From Patescibacteria group bacterium (GTDB lineage: Bacteria > Patescibacteriota > Patescibacteriia > UBA10025 > JAHIVO01), in the NCBI GenBank assembly GCA_028718605.1, contig JAQULM010000002.1, positions 129,776-193,775 on the forward strand: DNA of 64,000 bases. The letters run 5' to 3'. The translations under genes were made by a program, and so were the position numbers. Each line of letters starts with the position of its first letter. The stretch's first letter is position 1. A model generated the notes under the pieces. The model did no database searches, was not told where the DNA came from, and saw only the letters and a program-made list of their open reading frames with translations. Positions 59,722 through 64,000 of the stretch are shown one piece after another.

Positions 59722-60648
59722 TTATTTAGCCGAAACCTCTGGTGCTTTAGTTCGAGCGTCCCCTTTTCGCATGAGCAGAATGGCAACGACAATAAGCACG
59801 ACAAGAACAACCGCAATAATCACGATTCCCATGGTCGAAATAACCATGAAATTTGCGCTCGCGGTCTCCGTTACGGTTCCCGCGGTTATCGTGACCTTCG
59901 CAGTATACGAACCGAATGCGTTCCCGAGGTCCTTCCATGTACCAACGGCATACTCACGGGAATACCCCGGCAGTACCGCCGACTGATCCTCGTTTATCTT
60001 GAACGTCTTAACTGTCTTGCCAAACATGTTAGTAATCATTACGGTACCCATCGGCTTTAGATGGACATCCCCGGTATTCTCAATCAGTATCGGATCGAAA
60101 ACGATTGGGCCTGACGTATACGTCGACTTCTCGTCTTTTGTCGCAAATTTTGCGATCTCGGCGCTCTCCGTGTAGTCTCCGGTTACTGTCGCGAGGAACG
60201 GGATTCCAACGGATGACTGGATCGTCACCTGGCCCGCAACTTGCTTTTCGCCGAAATTGAATACAACGCCTGCATAGTGGCCACCCGCTTTTGCAGTTGC
60301 TGGCACGGCAAATGTCACGGCCACCGCCTGGGTCTCATCCTTCTGAAGCGTAAAGGTACTCTCAGTAATCGTCATCCATGTAGCAATATCCGTCGGTGTC
60401 CCGGTGATATTGTAGAGAGGTTCGCCGCTCGTCTCGTCTTTTGGCGTGAAATTAACCGCCTTCGCCGTCACCTCCACTGCCTGCGGCATATCATTGGTGA
60501 CGTCAATCATCGCGGTTTTTTCCTCGCCAGGCTTCAGGGTAATCTCGCGGATAGCCGGCGTGATTTCCAGCGCGTCCATTCGGCTGGGGATTAAGAGCAC
60601 CGCAAAGAACAGGGTAGCTCCGAGTAAAAATGTCACTTTCTTTACCAT
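59722..60648 (-). CDS. DUF916-like membrane protein (paralog)
   Basis: ITPA..LKPG, AKAGGHYAG, ENTGDVHLKPMG, GSYTAKV, C-terminal TM. Confidence 0.7.
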   Translation of the reverse strand: MVKKVTFLLGATLFFAVLLIPSRMDALEITPAIREITLKPGEEKTAMIDVTNDMPQAVEVTAKAVNFTPKDETSGEPLYNITGTPTDIATWMTITESTFTLQKDETQAVAVTFAVPATAKAGGHYAGVVFNFGEKQVAGQVTIQSSVGIPFLATVTGDYTESAEIAKFATKDEKSTYTSGPIVFDPILIENTGDVHLKPMGTVMITNMFGKTVKTFKINEDQSAVLPGYSREYAVGTWKDLGNAFGSYTAKVTITAGTVTETASANFMVISTMGIVIIAVVLVVLIVVAILLMRKGDARTKAPEVSAK

Positions 60649-60756
60649 AGTCGTGTTATGTTAACCTTATTTTCTACCCTCCCTCCTGTCGTCCAATGGC
60701 GGCTTCATCGCGCTCCGATTGCGAATCTGCCGGGGGGAGTACCCGTAAAATCTTTT

Positions 60757-61839
60757 TTAAAACGTGGCGGTCGCAATGTACGTTATGCTCGTCGTGTAAT
60801 CGCCCGCTTCAGTACTGCCTGAAATGTTGGCGATGTAGTACAGGTCAACCGTTTCGGTCGATGTCGGGCCGGTTTCCGAAACGAGCGTCGTTGTCGTCGA
60901 AGCAGCGAAGCTATAATTATCACTCGCGTAATCGTACGCTGAAGTGATTGTCGCATCGCCGGTTGTCGATGCGGCGATAGCAAACTGCTCGGTCGTCGGT
61001 GTGCCGTCTCCATCACCAGCAATCGTCGCCGGGGTAATAGTGCCCCCGGTACCCGTCAGGGTCGCCCCATAGTAGGTGACAACATAGCCATTGTCGGCGT
61101 TCGTTGATACTTGCAGTTCGTGTGCACCGCTGCCAACCGCCTGCTGAACTGCGGTACCGGCGCCGTCTGCGGTCGCCCATCGCGCTGCTGTTGCGCTCAG
61201 CGATCCAAACCCGATCGACGTATCATTGATTGAAAACGTGATCGTCGGATCGACGGTCGCAGCTACCGCGACATCATCCTCGGTCAAAATCCGTACTGCA
61301 AGCGTTCCGGTATCGCCAAAAACGCCGGCGAGATCAATGGTCACTGCGCCTGCCGCCGGGTTCGTGAGCTGGGCATTGCCGGCTACACCAGCTGTTGCAT
61401 TCAAACCTATCTGGATTTGTACGCAGCGATCCGCGGTAATTTCACCTGCCGCAGCATCGGTCGGAGGCGTCAGCGTAAGAACGCCGTCTGCAAAAGCGGC
61501 GCCCCAGGTGGCAGCGTCCGCCGCAGCTGCTAACGTTTTGTCAGTCCATGCACCGTCGCACACATTGTCATCATCAACCGCGAGGTCAATGTCGGTATAG
61601 TCAACGCTCCCGGTAGTAAATGATGCCAAATCGAGAGTGATTGTGTCTGTCGAAGCTTGAACGCCAGTCGGTGTCACGAAAATAATTTCATGATTTGCCA
61701 CGGCTGTTTCTTCGACCGAACTCAGCGTGTCTTTTATGTTTCCCAACGAATCCGCATATGCTGGCAACGCAGGAACGCTGAAAGCGACGGCCATAAAAAG
61801 AGCGAACAATACGATTGCTATCCGCTTTAATTTCACCAT
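60757..61839 (-). CDS. Secreted subunit with C-terminal WxL/pilin-like domain
   Basis: Signal peptide; ends AGDYTTSITYIATATF. Confidence 0.65.
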   Translation of the reverse strand: MVKLKRIAIVLFALFMAVAFSVPALPAYADSLGNIKDTLSSVEETAVANHEIIFVTPTGVQASTDTITLDLASFTTGSVDYTDIDLAVDDDNVCDGAWTDKTLAAAADAATWGAAFADGVLTLTPPTDAAAGEITADRCVQIQIGLNATAGVAGNAQLTNPAAGAVTIDLAGVFGDTGTLAVRILTEDDVAVAATVDPTITFSINDTSIGFGSLSATAARWATADGAGTAVQQAVGSGAHELQVSTNADNGYVVTYYGATLTGTGGTITPATIAGDGDGTPTTEQFAIAASTTGDATITSAYDYASDNYSFAASTTTTLVSETGPTSTETVDLYYIANISGSTEAGDYTTSITYIATATF

Positions 61840-61995
61840 ATATTCATGGTTACGTATTAATTTATATATTAAAATTTATTATAGCCGAGCTTTACTGTCC
61901 TGCCGTCCCACTGCCGAGGCGAACCTAGCTCTCTCGGAGCATTTCCTGCATATACACTATAGCATATTTTTCCGCCAAAGTCAAAAGGTTTTCCA

Positions 61996-63999
61996 CTAGA
62001 ACGATGCCGTGGCAATATATGTTATCGCGGTCGCGTATGAACCTGCCTCAGTCTGGCCCGAGATGTTCGCTATGTAGTAAATATCGATCGTTTCGGTGCT
62101 CGTCGTCCCGCTTTCAGAGGCGATTGTCGTGGTTGTATCTGCTACAAAACTGTAATTATCAGATGAATACTGGTACGCTGCTGGAATCGTCGCGTCGCCG
62201 GTTGTCGAAGCGGCAATAGCAAACTGTTCCGTATTCTGCGTGCCATCTCCGTCGCCCGCGATGGTTGCTGGCTCAATAGTGCCCGTATCACCGCTCAGTG
62301 TTGAACCATAGTATGAAATCACGTACCCATTCTGAGCGTTTGACGAGAAAGCGAGCTCGTGGGCACCGCTGCCGGCTGCTGGCCGGCTACTGGTGCCATT
62401 TTCGTCAGCTGTCGCCCATCGCGCTGTTGATGCCGACAGGCTCCCAAAGCCGATGGAAGTGTCCGAAATGGTAAATGTCAGCGAATTCAGGAACCAGCAA
62501 TCATTATTGGTCGAATCGCGGTTGGTACCGTCTGACGCGTCAATATCGGGTGGCTGGTCGCATGCGTACGAATCGCGCACGTCAGTGTTCGACACGGACC
62601 GCGTGCCAGCAACATTGATTTTCCACTGCGTGCCGGTCGATGACGAACGCAAGTACACCCGCGTACCCGTTGCCTGCCCGTCGAAATCGATATTTTGGAA
62701 TGTATACGTAGCCCCCGCCTTGAATAAGAGCTGGGAATTCGCAGTTGCAGCGGTAAGTGTGTTTTGGGTTTCCGCATTAGCCCCAAGCGACACATCGGGA
62801 TTCGAGGCTCCTGCATTCGTTACCGTAAGATTATAGAAGCGGTCAGATGCGCCTGTCATCTGTCCATCTAATGTCTGCCCACTCGTACCATCAACGGTCA
62901 GCGTGCCTGTCCCAGCCGTGAAATCGCCGTTATTCGTCCAGTTGCCACTGAGCGTGAATGTGGCAGTTGATGATGCTTGCAGCAAACCTTTCGAGGTGAT
63001 GGCAACAGACGCAGTATCGAGCACGCGGTCATTGGTGTCGTTGTCGACCGTCGTTTTATTGCTGTCGCTGGCTTTGCCGATCGTTAATGTCCCGTTCGAT
63101 TTAATCTGGCCTGAGCCGCCTGTAGCAAACGTAACTGTCCGGTCAGACGCTGATGAGTTTTCGAACGAGAGGTTTTCAAACACCCAGTCATTGGACCCTG
63201 ATGTCGTGCCGAAATTCTCAGCCGCAGCAACGCGCTGCAGGAACGTGCCGCCAGTGCGGGTAATCGTGCCTGCGCCCCTGACCGTGCCGTTGACCGTCAC
63301 GTTGTTCGTACCCGAGAACGTGCCGTTGGTCATTACCAAATCATTGGTAATCGTCATCGCCGCCGAATTCGACCAGCCGCCGCTCGCCCCGTTAAATTCA
63401 ACGTCATAGAACGAGGACGTGTTCGGAGCGATGGTATTTCCGCTGTCAGTCGCATCAAATATCACCGAACCGGACTGTGCCGTAAAGATATCGCTGTTGG
63501 ACCAATTGCCGCCTACAGTGATCGCGTTATTCTCGCCACTCTTCGCGTCGAGCACGCCACCCGTAATCGTGACATTATTATCGACATCGACAGGGTCCTC
63601 CACCTCAACAGTAAGGGTATACGTGCCTCCGCCATCGTCAACGGTCAGGTTATAGAGAGAACCGGTTCCGGCGGTAATAAGGTCGTTGGTAATATCGGTC
63701 ACCGTCCCGGGCATGGTGAATTTCACTGTTGAATTGCCATGGGTGAACGTACCGCCGCTCTGCAGGTCAAAATCGTCATCCGTATCGATTTCCGTGAGGT
63801 CTTGCTCGCAATCAGGGCCCAATTCGCAGTCAGTGGCGTCCAGTGTACCGCCATTCTTAATCTTGACGCCGCCGATGCCGATATCGAGGTCATACCCGTC
63901 AGTCTCTAAAATATCTCCATTATTGATGCTCAGAGTCTTAGCAACCATGTCGGAATCCAGGTTGGTCGTATCAGGCGAGGTGCCGATCTCCACGTCGCC
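61996..63999 (-). CDS. Large beta-helical surface protein (5'-partial) with the same C-terminal WxL/pilin-like domain
   Basis: Repeats of GNWxNxGxFTA..V.F; ends AGSYATAITYIATASF; frame open to the window edge. Confidence 0.7.
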   Translation of the reverse strand, partial: GDVEIGTSPDTTNLDSDMVAKTLSINNGDILETDGYDLDIGIGGVKIKNGGTLDATDCELGPDCEQDLTEIDTDDDFDLQSGGTFTHGNSTVKFTMPGTVTDITNDLITAGTGSLYNLTVDDGGGTYTLTVEVEDPVDVDNNVTITGGVLDAKSGENNAITVGGNWSNSDIFTAQSGSVIFDATDSGNTIAPNTSSFYDVEFNGASGGWSNSAAMTITNDLVMTNGTFSGTNNVTVNGTVRGAGTITRTGGTFLQRVAAAENFGTTSGSNDWVFENLSFENSSASDRTVTFATGGSGQIKSNGTLTIGKASDSNKTTVDNDTNDRVLDTASVAITSKGLLQASSTATFTLSGNWTNNGDFTAGTGTLTVDGTSGQTLDGQMTGASDRFYNLTVTNAGASNPDVSLGANAETQNTLTAATANSQLLFKAGATYTFQNIDFDGQATGTRVYLRSSSTGTQWKINVAGTRSVSNTDVRDSYACDQPPDIDASDGTNRDSTNNDCWFLNSLTFTISDTSIGFGSLSASTARWATADENGTSSRPAAGSGAHELAFSSNAQNGYVISYYGSTLSGDTGTIEPATIAGDGDGTQNTEQFAIAASTTGDATIPAAYQYSSDNYSFVADTTTTIASESGTTSTETIDIYYIANISGQTEAGSYATAITYIATASF

Positions 64000-64000
64000 G

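Overview
A gene-dense 64-kb chromosomal segment (code 11). Gene content and style suggest a Candidate Phyla Radiation (Patescibacteria/Parcubacteria-like) bacterium; this is an inference. Core genes: rpoD, dnaG, ppsA, groES/groEL with a perfect CIRCE, uvrA, uvrC, secG, rnj, trpS, efp, rpsF-ssb-rpsR, ychF, rsmE, folD, glyA, gpmI, murI, and three tRNAs (Asn-GTT, Ser-GGA, Leu-CAG). Four features stand out. (1) An attenuator-controlled operon with a candidate RiPP precursor ending ...YPFAGCGAWC, a small Cys/His protein and a radical SAM/SPASM enzyme, followed by a frameshifted CxxxCxxC gene. (2) Elp3 set back-to-back (start codons 2 nt apart) with a Trm9/ALKBH8-like methyltransferase, plus a Trm11-like gene elsewhere, suggesting a eukaryote/archaea-like tRNA modification route. 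(3) A 7-gene surface cluster joining WxL/DUF916-like proteins with cohesin and dockerin proteins. (4) A roughly 500-nt structured, promoter- and terminator-bounded candidate ncRNA beside tRNA-Ser. There is also a tRNA-Asn-integrated islet with att-like scars and tRNA fragments broken by palindromic elements. No CRISPR array, rRNA or transposase was seen. All family assignments are by motif recognition, not database search.
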